This document shows positions 1 to 9,483 of a stretch of 64,000 nt of DNA, in pieces. The notes under the pieces were generated by a model, which did no database searches, was not told where the DNA came from, and worked only from the letters and a program-made list of their open reading frames with translations. The DNA is from an uncultured Pseudobdellovibrionaceae bacterium (lineage in GTDB: Bacteria; Bdellovibrionota; Bdellovibrionia; Bdellovibrionales; UBA1609), in assembly GCA_963803705.1 (NCBI GenBank), contig CAWDNU010000001.1, positions 256,001 to 320,000 on the forward strand. Direction: 5' to 3'. Position 1 is the stretch's first letter. The number at the start of each line of letters is the position of its first letter. The translations under genes were made by a program, and so were the position numbers.

Positions 1-315
1 TTACTACAACAGCAATATTTAGACGCTTTTAAGCAGTGTGATATTTTGCTATCGCCCGTAGCGGCTTCCTCGGCATTTAAGATTGGCGAGAAAGTCGATG
101 ATCCTTTAAAAATGTTTTTGAACGATTTTTTCACGACGGCTACGAACCTTTGCGGCTTACCAGGCATGACCGTGCCAATAATGAAAAACAAATCTAACTT
201 ACCTGTGGGCATTCAATTAACTAGCAAACCTTTTGATGAGCAAACTATGTTCAATGCTGGTCAAGCGCTAGAAGAAAAGTTTGAGTTTTATAAGGAGTTA
301 CCAAATGGGATTTAG
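1..315 (+). CDS. gatA: Asp/Glu-tRNA amidotransferase subunit A, 3' part (truncated by window start)
   Basis: Frame open from base 1 (LLQQQYLDAFKQCDILLSPV); amidase C-terminal motifs (TTATNLCGLPGMTVP, LPVGIQL); directly upstream of gatB. Confidence 0.93.
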   Translation, partial: LLQQQYLDAFKQCDILLSPVAASSAFKIGEKVDDPLKMFLNDFFTTATNLCGLPGMTVPIMKNKSNLPVGIQLTSKPFDEQTMFNAGQALEEKFEFYKELPNGI

Positions 316-1747
316 TGTACCAAGTGGATGGAAAGCGGTTATTGGATTAGAGATACATGCGCAACTGGCGACAAAGTCTAAAATGTTTTCGAAAGACTCA
401 ACCAAATTTGGAGCCAAAGACAATTTAAATGTTTCACCAGTTAGCCTAGGTATGCCCGGTGCTTTGCCAGTGGTAAATAAAAAAGCCATTGAATATTCAA
501 TAAAAGCAGGGTTGGCTTTAGGTTGTAAAATCCGAGACAATTCTGTGTTTGCACGGAAGCACTACTTTTATCCAGATTTGGCTAAGGGCTATCAAATTTC
601 TCAGTATGACTTACCCATTTGCTATGACGGTGAGATCGAATTTTTAGTTAATGGTAAAAAGAAAAAAGTTTATATTGAACGTGCTCACATGGAAGAAGAC
701 GCAGGTAAGTCTATCCATGATGGCGCTCTAAGTTTGATCAACTACAACAGAAGTAGCGTTCCACTTTTAGAAATCGTGTCTGGTCCTGATATGTCACTAC
801 CTGAAGAGGCTGCTGAGTACACCCGAACCATTAGGGGCATATTGCAGTATTTAGAGGTTTGTGATGGAAATTTAGAAGAAGGCTCTTTACGTTGTGATTG
901 TAACGTTAGCGTGATGAAAGAGACCGAGACCAAATTAAGAACTCGCGTAGAGATTAAAAATATCAATTCATTTAGATTTATTGAAAAAGCTGTGGAGTAT
1001 GAAATTCTTAGACAGATTGACACCTATGAAGACGGCGGAAGCATATTTCAAGAAACTCGCCTATTTGATTCCGCCAAAAATAGGACTTTTACTATGAGAA
1101 GTAAAGAAGAGGCAAAAGACTATAGATACTTTCGGGATCCTGATTTATTACCAGTTAAAATTGAAGCTAGCTGGATTGAAGAAATTAGAAATAGTTTACC
1201 AGAGCTTCCTCAGCAAAGAGCAGTAAGGTTTCAAACTGAACTAGGCCTGCCAGAATATGACTCTTTGGTTTTAACTCAAGAAAAAAAAATGGCAGACTAT
1301 TTTGAAGCAGTAGTGAAAAAGTGTGAGTCTGCTAAAACTGCTTCAAATTGGATTATGGGCGAGCTATTAAAAAGCTTAAATGAGGCAAAAGTTGAATTCG
1401 AGCAAAATCCAATTCCTGCTGAATACTTAGCTGAACTAATTATTGCCATAGAAAACGAAACCATATCTGGAAAGATGGCCAAAGATGTCTTTGCGGAAAT
1501 GTGGAAAAGCTCCAAAGCACCAAAATCAATTATTGCTGAACAGGGTATGTCTCAAATCACTGATCCAGCTGCGATTGAAAAAGTTGTCTTGGATGTGGTG
1601 AATGCCAACCAAGGTCAAGTCGAGCAATACAAGGCAGGAAAAAACAAATTATTTGGCTTTTTTGTTGGCCAAGTGATGAAACAATCTAAAGGCCAAGCGA
1701 ATCCAGATCTGGTAAACCAAATCTTAAAAAAAGTGTTGGATACTTAG
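305..1747 (+). CDS. gatB: Asp/Glu-tRNA amidotransferase subunit B
   Basis: VIGLEIHAQL, RKHYFYPDL, HMEEDAGK, EGSLRCDCNVS, C-terminal GFFVGQVMK; start set at ATG 305. Confidence 0.98.
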   Translation: MGFSVPSGWKAVIGLEIHAQLATKSKMFSKDSTKFGAKDNLNVSPVSLGMPGALPVVNKKAIEYSIKAGLALGCKIRDNSVFARKHYFYPDLAKGYQISQYDLPICYDGEIEFLVNGKKKKVYIERAHMEEDAGKSIHDGALSLINYNRSSVPLLEIVSGPDMSLPEEAAEYTRTIRGILQYLEVCDGNLEEGSLRCDCNVSVMKETETKLRTRVEIKNINSFRFIEKAVEYEILRQIDTYEDGGSIFQETRLFDSAKNRTFTMRSKEEAKDYRYFRDPDLLPVKIEASWIEEIRNSLPELPQQRAVRFQTELGLPEYDSLVLTQEKKMADYFEAVVKKCESAKTASNWIMGELLKSLNEAKVEFEQNPIPAEYLAELIIAIENETISGKMAKDVFAEMWKSSKAPKSIIAEQGMSQITDPAAIEKVVLDVVNANQGQVEQYKAGKNKLFGFFVGQVMKQSKGQANPDLVNQILKKVLDT

Positions 1748-1752
1748 TTTAC

Positions 1753-2673
1753 ATGAAAGGTGCAGCTATAGATTTAGGTTCAAATTCTTTCATCTGTTAT
1801 ATTTATGAATTTAATGATGACTGCTTCAAAACCTTGGAAGATAAAATAATTTTAACGCGCTTATCTGAAGGCGTCGAAGAGACAAAAAAAATTTCTAACA
1901 GCGCTTTGAAAAGAGCTGAACAAGCTTTTAAGGTGTTCAGTGGATTGTGCTTAAAGCATGGCGTAGGAAGTATTCAAGCTATAGCGACAAGCGCTGCAAG
2001 AGACGCCGAAAATAAGTCAGAGTTTATAGAATTAGCAAAAAAATTCAGTATACCTGTTCAGATCATTTCTGGTACAGAAGAAGCCAATCTCACTTTCTTG
2101 GGTGTCAAAAACTACTTCAAAGAAACCAAAGGTTACATTATTGATATTGGTGGCGGATCCACTGAATTTATCTATGCAGCTGAAAGTGATGTCGTTGATA
2201 GAGTCAGTCTAAATGTTGGAGTGGTTCGATTTACCGAAAGATATTTGAAGCACTCTGATTTTGTAACCCAAGAAAAATCAATTCGATTTGCTATCAGAAA
2301 GGAATTTCAAAATAATTCACAATTAGCTAAAATGAAAAACAAAGAGTCAAAAATTTTTCTAGCTGTTTCGGGAACTCCGACTAGTGCTTCGGCATTAAAA
2401 CTTAATGGATTTAAGTTCGAAAAAATAGAGAATACAGACCTATCAAGTCAAGATTTAATGCTGTTGCTTGAACTTTATGGCTCGCTAGACTTAGACCAAC
2501 GTCTAGAAAAATTCCCTTTTATCGAATCGAGAAGAGCTGACGTGCTGCCCACAGGTTTATTGATACTTGATGAAGCACTAAAATTTTTTGGTTTTAGCAG
2601 CTACAAAATTTCAACCCGAGGGATCAGACATGGTTTGGCATCTAATATGTGTAACTCTATTTCTATGCTTTAG
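1753..2673 (+). CDS. ppx: Ppx/GppA family phosphatase (short form)
   Basis: IDLGSNS, ATSAARDAEN, ISGTEEA, DIGGGSTE motifs. Confidence 0.9.
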   Translation: MKGAAIDLGSNSFICYIYEFNDDCFKTLEDKIILTRLSEGVEETKKISNSALKRAEQAFKVFSGLCLKHGVGSIQAIATSAARDAENKSEFIELAKKFSIPVQIISGTEEANLTFLGVKNYFKETKGYIIDIGGGSTEFIYAAESDVVDRVSLNVGVVRFTERYLKHSDFVTQEKSIRFAIRKEFQNNSQLAKMKNKESKIFLAVSGTPTSASALKLNGFKFEKIENTDLSSQDLMLLLELYGSLDLDQRLEKFPFIESRRADVLPTGLLILDEALKFFGFSSYKISTRGIRHGLASNMCNSISML

Positions 2674-3157
2674 TTTCAATTCTGAGGCAAAAGAATTTAG
2701 AAAATCTACTATCGAAATTTCCCGTCCACCAGTTTTAGCTAAACCCAGTAGCAGTTTAATCAAAAGCAGAAAAGGCACTTCCAGCAGCTCTGTTCAGTTA
2801 AAAGTAGAACTGGCTTTGACGCCCTCAGAACAAGAGCAAGGGTTAATGTACAGGAAGTCGATGGATTTAAATTATGGAATGTTATTTGTTTTTTCTAATG
2901 AAAGACCAAGGCGGTTCTGGATGAAGAATACTTTGATTCCACTATCTATAGCGTTCATAGATAAGAAATATACTATATTTCAAATTTCGAATATGAATCC
3001 GGTTAAAACCTTGGCGCAAACTTCTTACGATTCTGCCAACAGCGTTCGACCTGCTAAATACGTATTAGAAGTTCCCAAGGGTTGGTTTATAAAAAACTCT
3101 ATTGTTGAAGGCTCTAAACTTATTTGGAGTGAAGAAAAAACTTTTCAGAAAAATTAG
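2630..3157 (+). CDS. DUF192 family protein with signal peptide
   Basis: ELALTPSEQEQGLMYR, GMLFVF, FWMKNTLIPLSIAFID, YVLEVPKG; start placed at ATG 2630 ahead of the hydrophobic leader. Confidence 0.88.
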   Translation: MVWHLICVTLFLCFSFNSEAKEFRKSTIEISRPPVLAKPSSSLIKSRKGTSSSSVQLKVELALTPSEQEQGLMYRKSMDLNYGMLFVFSNERPRRFWMKNTLIPLSIAFIDKKYTIFQISNMNPVKTLAQTSYDSANSVRPAKYVLEVPKGWFIKNSIVEGSKLIWSEEKTFQKN

Positions 3158-3236
3158 GGCCTGTGGAAGATTCATCTAGGTTTTAAATGCTTTGAATCAA
3201 AGCATTTAAAACCTAGATGAATCTTCCACAGGCCCT
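3156..3236. repeat. Perfect 81-bp palindrome (40-bp arms, 1-nt centre), MITE/REP-like
   Basis: AGGGCCTGTGGAAGATTCATCTAGGTTTTAAATGCTTTGA (3156-3195), A, then its exact reverse complement (3197-3236). Confidence 0.97.
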
Positions 3237-3356
3237 GGTATTTTAAAAAACCAGCTTTCCTTGATCAAGGGCTGGATCCTAAAAAAATCTTTTATGTGCT
3301 AGAATTGTATGATGTACTAAAACGAGACGTATCTTCTAGATATAAGTGGAGCCATC

Positions 3357-5285
3357 ATGATTAGACATTTTAAAAACCATTTTTTCGTCCTGTTATTTTT
3401 TACCTTGGCAGCCTGTTCTTCGAATACGAATGTTGGACAAGATGATCTAAGTATCTCAGAGATTGAAGATATAGAAAAAACAGGTGAATTTAGTGAAGAA
3501 GATTTTTTTAAGGATGAAGAGATCCTAAAAGAAAGTGGAGTCGGTAAATTAGACATCGAGGGTTTAGACGATAGTAACTTAAAGTCTGACGATGATAATT
3601 TAGTTTCCGACTTAGATGTTCAAGATTTTGAGGGTCAGGGATTCGATAAGGAAGACGATTTTGAAACTGATTTAGATAGCTCCAACAATGTAGCAGAGTT
3701 CGATGAGTTCGATGAATTTGTGACAAATGAAAAAGTTGCTAAGAATGAAGACATAATTAAAAACGAAGCCCCACAAATTTCAGACATTGCTGACCAACCA
3801 ACAATGACCGAAGAAGATATTTTTTCAGAATTCGAAGAATCAACGGATGTGGCCGCAGGTAATGATCAAGTAGATACGCTTCTTGGTGATGATTCTTTCC
3901 AAATTAAAGAAGAGGCGGTAGTCGCAGATCAAACAGGTCAGCCAGAACTAAATTTTGAAGATGTATTTGATGAATCCCAAACGTCTACAGAAACTAAGAT
4001 TGCGGATTCAGATGTTATGGTTGATACATCGATAGACGATAGTTTGGGCGCAAGCGACTATCAAAATGATTTCGTCGACGTTGGCGGACCAATAGCAGAA
4101 GAAAGCTCAGATTACGACGAAGACTTTGGCCCAGGTCCAGCCCCATCTATTGGAGATGATGACATCCCAGCGCCTAGGTCTGATTACTTGCAAGCAGAAA
4201 ACCGGACTGAAACGCGAACTGCTAAAGAGCTTCTTGCTAATCAATATGAAAAACCTAGGCAAATAGTTAGACGAATAGTTAAAAAAGTTAAATCTTGGAT
4301 TCCTGTTAAAAAAATGAAAGATGACCCGTACTTGCAAAACGGAATCCTGTTAAATGCTTTATACATAGTCAGAGAAGGAGACACCTTCGACAAGATCGGT
4401 GAAAAAATATATGGCAAGGGAAGTTTCAATAACCTAGCAAAGGTAAATCCATTTTTAAGAAAAAAACTTAGAGTTGGAGAAAAAGTTTATTACAACTCAC
4501 CGAATAGGCCGAATGACGACAGCAGGATGTTATTTCACTACGATGACGTAGGACAAGTTCCGCAGTTTAGGCAAGTTGGTTACGGAGAAAATATTAGAAA
4601 GATCTCTATGGAGCTGCTTGGTCATCCTAGAAGTTGGATGGAAATTTGGGCGACTAACCCAGAGTTAGTTTCCAAAGGGGTCGTCGACAGAGATTATAAA
4701 ATAAAATATTTTTCGAAAAACAACGTCCAGTCAATGGTTCAGGAAACGCCGGCACTTGAAGTTGAAGTTCCCGACGAAACGCAAGATGAAACCTTCGGTG
4801 CTACAGACCCAGGTACAAATGAAAATCAAGACACCATTTCTAACGAACTACCTGATTTTGAAGAGCCAAATGTGGAAGATAGCTCAACCGGAGATGCCTT
4901 AGCCGGGACTGGCGAGCCTGATTTGGATGCAGGATTTGACGACCCAGTTCTATCACAGAACGAAGAACCTAATTTAGATGAGCCAAATTTTGATCAGGGT
5001 TTTGATCAGTCAGGTCGGGTCGCTGACAATGGTTTGTCCAATATACCCAACGAGCTTAATCAGCAGGTTCAAGAAACTGGCGGCCTTAAAAAGCTTTACT
5101 TTGGCATGGATCAAAAGATGATTGAAACAGTTGCGATGGGTCTAGGTGGATTGCTTCTAATAATTGTAATACTTTTGATAGCTAGGCGGCGAAGAATGTA
5201 CGCGCAAGCAACTCAAGTTCAAGAATTTGATTTTGCTGGTTCAACTCAAATTGACGAACAAACAAAAACTCATATAGATATTTAG
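3357..5285 (+). CDS. Acidic lipoprotein with two LysM-like segments and a C-terminal TM anchor
   Basis: Lipobox LAAC (Cys20); D/E-rich low-complexity linkers; LysM-like YIVREGDTFDKIGEKIYG and GENIRKISMELLGHPRSWMEIWATNP; TM helix followed by RRRR. Confidence 0.75.
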   Translation: MIRHFKNHFFVLLFFTLAACSSNTNVGQDDLSISEIEDIEKTGEFSEEDFFKDEEILKESGVGKLDIEGLDDSNLKSDDDNLVSDLDVQDFEGQGFDKEDDFETDLDSSNNVAEFDEFDEFVTNEKVAKNEDIIKNEAPQISDIADQPTMTEEDIFSEFEESTDVAAGNDQVDTLLGDDSFQIKEEAVVADQTGQPELNFEDVFDESQTSTETKIADSDVMVDTSIDDSLGASDYQNDFVDVGGPIAEESSDYDEDFGPGPAPSIGDDDIPAPRSDYLQAENRTETRTAKELLANQYEKPRQIVRRIVKKVKSWIPVKKMKDDPYLQNGILLNALYIVREGDTFDKIGEKIYGKGSFNNLAKVNPFLRKKLRVGEKVYYNSPNRPNDDSRMLFHYDDVGQVPQFRQVGYGENIRKISMELLGHPRSWMEIWATNPELVSKGVVDRDYKIKYFSKNNVQSMVQETPALEVEVPDETQDETFGATDPGTNENQDTISNELPDFEEPNVEDSSTGDALAGTGEPDLDAGFDDPVLSQNEEPNLDEPNFDQGFDQSGRVADNGLSNIPNELNQQVQETGGLKKLYFGMDQKMIETVAMGLGGLLLIIVILLIARRRRMYAQATQVQEFDFAGSTQIDEQTKTHIDI

Positions 5286-5312
5286 TTATTTTTCTAATAC
5301 CAACAGCGACCT

Positions 5313-5687
5313 TTAAGAAACTTTTTTAAAAATATTATCTAAGACATCTTTTCTTTTCTCTCTTTTAGATTCTAAGAAATAGATAAGATCATCTACGATC
5401 TGAAGGTCTTTATTATTGAAAGGGGAAAATCTTAGTCCGCACCCTCTTTGATTTGTCCAAACGATTGACGCATTAAGAGCTCGCTCTCGGCCACTGACAT
5501 TAAGGGTTATCAATATTTTATCCCCAACTTCTACGTCAGGATGTGAGTTTTCCAAGAATGCTCCAGAAATACTTATATTCTTTAAAGTTCCTCCGAACGG
5601 ATCTCTACCATAGCTTTTACGAAACTCAACATCTAGCTCTACTGGAAATCTTGGAGCTGGTGTTCCTGAATTTGACTGAATTGACAT
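5313..5687 (-). CDS. Stand-alone PilZ domain protein
   Basis: APRFPVEL and NISISGAFL (D/NxSxxG), IVW...GCGLRF; start at 5687 supported by an AGAGG RBS and an upstream sigma28 promoter. Confidence 0.85.
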   Translation of the reverse strand: MSIQSNSGTPAPRFPVELDVEFRKSYGRDPFGGTLKNISISGAFLENSHPDVEVGDKILITLNVSGRERALNASIVWTNQRGCGLRFSPFNNKDLQIVDDLIYFLESKREKRKDVLDNIFKKVS

Positions 5688-5707
5688 AGAAACCTCTCTT
5701 AGAGCAC

Positions 5708-5734
5708 TCTTCGGCACATCGGGGGTGCATTTTA
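5708..5734 (-). promoter_or_regulatory. sigma28 (FliA)-type promoter of the PilZ gene
   Basis: Minus strand TAAA-N15-GCCGAAGA versus consensus TAAA-N15-GCCGATAA. Confidence 0.75.
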
Positions 5735-5828
5735 GTTAAAATATGAAAAAATGACGAAATTATAGTAACTTACCTGCTTTAGTCCGGCTTAAATTTGAGT
5801 GAAGAGCACAACAGAATGGACGAAAGTA

Positions 5829-5856
5829 TTGACAAAAGATTAGAAATTGATAATTT
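5829..5856 (+). promoter_or_regulatory. Putative sigma70 promoter for rho
   Basis: TTGACA-N16-TAATTT upstream of rho. Confidence 0.45.
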
Positions 5857-5970
5857 TAAGTTATCTTTAAAAGTTCACGATAAATTTTAAAGCTGATTTT
5901 ATCATTATAGAATTAACTTCAGAAATAATAAATCTAACTAAATAAATCTACCAATAATTCGAAGGATTTT

Positions 5971-7758
5971 ATGCCAACAAAACTTGTTGATGTTAAGAAA
6001 AAAACTAAGTCAAAAGCCAAAACTACAAAAAAAGAAGAATCTAAAAATACAGATTCTAAGCAGGCGGACGTAAGCAGTTCACCAAAGGTCGAAGCGAAAT
6101 CAACCGACGTGGTCAATGCCGATAAGGCCGTTTCGGTGCCAGAAAAAAAAGAAGATCGCAAAATAGAATCTAGTAGTGCCAGCTCTGACTCCGTCCAGAA
6201 AACCGAACAAAAAAAAACCGAGCCTAAAAAAGAAGAGGCAGTCAAGGACGAGGCCCCTGTCCAACAAAGGCATGAGCGTAGGCCTAACCACAAAAAATCA
6301 TTTTCAAACAATAACAGCAACAGACGTCAAAACTATTCAAACAACAACAACAGCAATAACAATAGAAATAATCATAATAACAGGAAACATAAAAGTAATA
6401 ACGATATGAATAGTGGATCTTCAAACTATTTTCCTGCTACTGAAATGGATTTAGTTAAGCTCGAGGATATTGACCTATCAGACATTGATTTGACAGAAGA
6501 TCAGAAAAAAGAATTAAGTTCAAAACACTTAAAACAGAAAAAAATTAACGATTTAACTGCTTTAGGAACCTTACTAAAGATTGAAAATGCTGCTGGCTTA
6601 AGACGTCAAGAGCTTGTTTTTGAAATATTAAGAAGAGCCGCTTTACTAGGTGATATTTACGGCGATGGTGTTTTAGAAATTTTACCTGATGGTTACGGCT
6701 TTTTAAGGTCGCCAGATTATAACTATTTACCAGGTCCTGATGACATATATGTTAGTCCTTCGCAGATCAGAAGATTTGGCCTAAGAACCGGTGATACTAT
6801 TACAGGCACAGTGCGTCCACCCAAAGAAGGGGAGCGTTATTTTGCACTTTTGAAGGTCGACGAGCTTAATTTAGAGCCCCCTGAAAAAGCAAAGAACAAA
6901 ATTCTTTTTGATAACCTAACGCCTTTATACCCTGATAAAAAGCTGAAGCTTGAACACAATCCAGGAGAATACACCACTAGAGTGATAGACCTTATGGCTC
7001 CTTTAGGTAAAGGCCAAAGAGCATTAATAACTGCACCTCCAAGAACTGGTAAGACTGTCATCTTGCAAAATATTGCAAACGCAATATCTGTTAATCACCC
7101 TGAAGTTAAATTGATTGTTCTGTTGATAGATGAAAGACCAGAAGAGGTCACTGATATGTCTAGAAGCGTGAATGGTGAAGTCGTAAGCTCAACTTTTGAT
7201 GAGCCACCAACTCGTCACGTACAGGTTGCTGAAATGGTTATAGAAAAAGCTAAGCGGCTGGTCGAGCATAAGCACGACGTCGTGATTTTGTTAGATTCGA
7301 TAACTAGGTTAGCCCGCGCTTACAACACGGTAGTGCCCCCATCTGGTAAAATATTATCCGGTGGTGTCGACTCTAATGCTCTACATCGCCCAAAAAGATT
7401 TTTTGGAGCAGCCAGAAATATTGAGCAAGGTGGAAGCTTAACGATTATTGCCACTGCACTGATCGACACTGGTTCACGGATGGACGAGGTTATCTTTGAA
7501 GAATTTAAAGGAACAGGAAATGCCGAAATTGTGTTAGATCGAAAATTGATGGAAAAGCGAATCTTTCCTTGCATGGACATTAATAAATCAGGGACTCGAA
7601 AAGAGGATCTTTTGACTGAGAAGACAGATTTAAACCGTCTTTGGATCTTAAGAAAAGTACTGTCTCCTATGAATCCGGTAGACAGCATGGAATTTATTTT
7701 AGGCAAACTAGAGTCTGCTAAAACAAATGACAGCTTTTTGTCTCAAATGAGTCAATGA
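5971..7758 (+). CDS. rho: Transcription termination factor Rho with long N-terminal low-complexity extension
   Basis: [55 protein letters not shown]. Confidence 0.98.
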   Translation: MPTKLVDVKKKTKSKAKTTKKEESKNTDSKQADVSSSPKVEAKSTDVVNADKAVSVPEKKEDRKIESSSASSDSVQKTEQKKTEPKKEEAVKDEAPVQQRHERRPNHKKSFSNNNSNRRQNYSNNNNSNNNRNNHNNRKHKSNNDMNSGSSNYFPATEMDLVKLEDIDLSDIDLTEDQKKELSSKHLKQKKINDLTALGTLLKIENAAGLRRQELVFEILRRAALLGDIYGDGVLEILPDGYGFLRSPDYNYLPGPDDIYVSPSQIRRFGLRTGDTITGTVRPPKEGERYFALLKVDELNLEPPEKAKNKILFDNLTPLYPDKKLKLEHNPGEYTTRVIDLMAPLGKGQRALITAPPRTGKTVILQNIANAISVNHPEVKLIVLLIDERPEEVTDMSRSVNGEVVSSTFDEPPTRHVQVAEMVIEKAKRLVEHKHDVVILLDSITRLARAYNTVVPPSGKILSGGVDSNALHRPKRFFGAARNIEQGGSLTIIATALIDTGSRMDEVIFEEFKGTGNAEIVLDRKLMEKRIFPCMDINKSGTRKEDLLTEKTDLNRLWILRKVLSPMNPVDSMEFILGKLESAKTNDSFLSQMSQ

Positions 7759-7836
7759 TATACACCTAAAAGCTTGCTTTTTACATTTCAAAGGCCTATA
7801 AATTGGCCTTTGAAATCACTTGAGGAGTTTTTAGTT

Positions 7837-8088
7837 ATGAAAAAAGATATTCATCCGAATTTTAGAAAAGTGGTGTTTAAAGATATTTCAACTGACACAT
7901 CATTTTTAACTTATTCGACTGTTAATACTAAAGACACAATTAAGTGGGATGATGGAGAAGAGTATCCTCTATACAAAACTGAAATTTCTAGTGCTTCTCA
8001 TCCGTTTTACACTGGAACACAAAAGGTTCTAGATACTGAGGGGCGCATTGATCGTTTCAACAAAAGATACGCAAAATTTAAGAAATAG
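7837..8088 (+). CDS. rpmE: 50S ribosomal protein L31, type B (no zinc cysteines)
   Basis: MKKDIHP...VVFKD...WDDGEEYP...[10 protein letters not shown]...[19 protein letters not shown]. Confidence 0.96.
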   Translation: MKKDIHPNFRKVVFKDISTDTSFLTYSTVNTKDTIKWDDGEEYPLYKTEISSASHPFYTGTQKVLDTEGRIDRFNKRYAKFKK

Positions 8089-8158
8089 TTTTACTCTAGC
8101 TTTCTGTGCTTAGCATAAGACTTTATCTTTCAAAAAAAACAGCTAAGATTTAAAAAAT

Positions 8159-8185
8159 AGGACTACTTATAGTGGTCCTTTTTTT
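8159..8185 (+). terminator. Intrinsic terminator after rho-rpmE
   Basis: AGGACTACT-TAT-AGTGGTCCT stem followed by a T run. Confidence 0.75.
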
Positions 8186-8275
8186 ATTGTATAGCTTTCT
8201 GGGATAATATTAAAAAGTGCTGGGCACATCTTACAGTGTTCGCATTTAACAGTTTATCGGCTACGCGTATAGCCG

Positions 8276-8304
8276 TTGTTGATGCATCTTCTAAGTAGTA
8301 TAAT
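8276..8304 (+). promoter_or_regulatory. Putative sigma70 promoter for prfA-prmC-murA
   Basis: TTGTTG-N17-TATAAT. Confidence 0.55.
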
Positions 8305-8409
8305 AAATTTGCAGACTTGCGCATATACATGCTTTAGATTTGTAGCTGCATGAAGGCTATGCCGCTAAGGAAATTGGTAATTTAAAATAATTCTACAAAA
8401 CGGTATCCA

Positions 8410-9483
8410 ATGTTTGATAAATTAGAGCTTGTTTTACAAAGATTCGAAAAGGTCCAAAGAGATCTTCAGCGTCCCGATGTTGTATCCCAGCAGAAAGAAT
8501 ACCAAAAATTAATGAAAGAGTTTTCTGAGCTAGAAGATTTAGTTAAAGCTTATCGAAGATATAAACTAGTTGTAGATCAGTTGCATGAAAGTCGTGGACT
8601 CTTAAATGAAGAGGACGACGAAGAGATGCGGGATATGGCAAAGCAGGAAATTTCAAGTTTAGAGGTTGAACTAGACACCCTAGAAAAGGAGTTAAAGCTT
8701 TTTCTTTTGCCCAAAGATCCAAATGATAATCGCGATGTAATCTTGGAAATCAGATCAGGCGCTGGCGGCGATGAAGCTAGTTTATTTGCAGAAGAGCTAT
8801 TCGAAGCCTACAAGTACTATTCTCAAAAAAAATCTTGGTCTGTTGATCTGTTAACTTTTGTGGCCGGCAACGCTGGTGGCGCAAAGGAAATTATAGCAAA
8901 CATATCTGGTCATAAAGTTTATAGTCTTCTTAAGTATGAAAGTGGAGTGCACCGCGTACAACGTGTACCGAAGACAGAAACCCAGGGACGAGTTCATACT
9001 TCTACGGTAACAGTTGCTGTAATTGCAGAGGCTGACGAAGTGGATGTTCATGTCCATGCTAAAGATGTTAAGGTTGATGTTTACAGATCTAGCGGAGCTG
9101 GCGGACAGCACGTGAACACCACAGACTCTGCAGTGCGATTGACACACGTACCAACTGGAATAGTTGTCACCTGCCAGGATGGACGATCTCAAATAAAGAA
9201 TAAAGAAAAAGCATTTAAAGTTTTAGCTGCTAGATTAAAAGCTGCCGAAGAGGAAAAAGCTGTTAAAGATGCTTCGGATCAGCGTCTAAGTCAGATAGGT
9301 ACTGGTGACAGATCCGAAAGAATAAGAACATATAATTTCCCACAAACTAGGGTTACGGACCATAGAATTGGTTTAACCTTGCATCGCATTGGTGAAATTA
9401 TGGCCGGCGATGTTGACCTTGTTATTGAACCGCTAGTGACTCATTTTCAAGCCGAAGCACTAAAACAAGCACAAGAAAATTAA
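8410..9483 (+). CDS. prfA: Peptide chain release factor 1
   Basis: GGQ motif (SSGAGGQHVNTTDSAVR), PKT tripeptide in VPKTETQGRVHTS. Confidence 0.98.
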   Translation: MFDKLELVLQRFEKVQRDLQRPDVVSQQKEYQKLMKEFSELEDLVKAYRRYKLVVDQLHESRGLLNEEDDEEMRDMAKQEISSLEVELDTLEKELKLFLLPKDPNDNRDVILEIRSGAGGDEASLFAEELFEAYKYYSQKKSWSVDLLTFVAGNAGGAKEIIANISGHKVYSLLKYESGVHRVQRVPKTETQGRVHTSTVTVAVIAEADEVDVHVHAKDVKVDVYRSSGAGGQHVNTTDSAVRLTHVPTGIVVTCQDGRSQIKNKEKAFKVLAARLKAAEEEKAVKDASDQRLSQIGTGDRSERIRTYNFPQTRVTDHRIGLTLHRIGEIMAGDVDLVIEPLVTHFQAEALKQAQEN

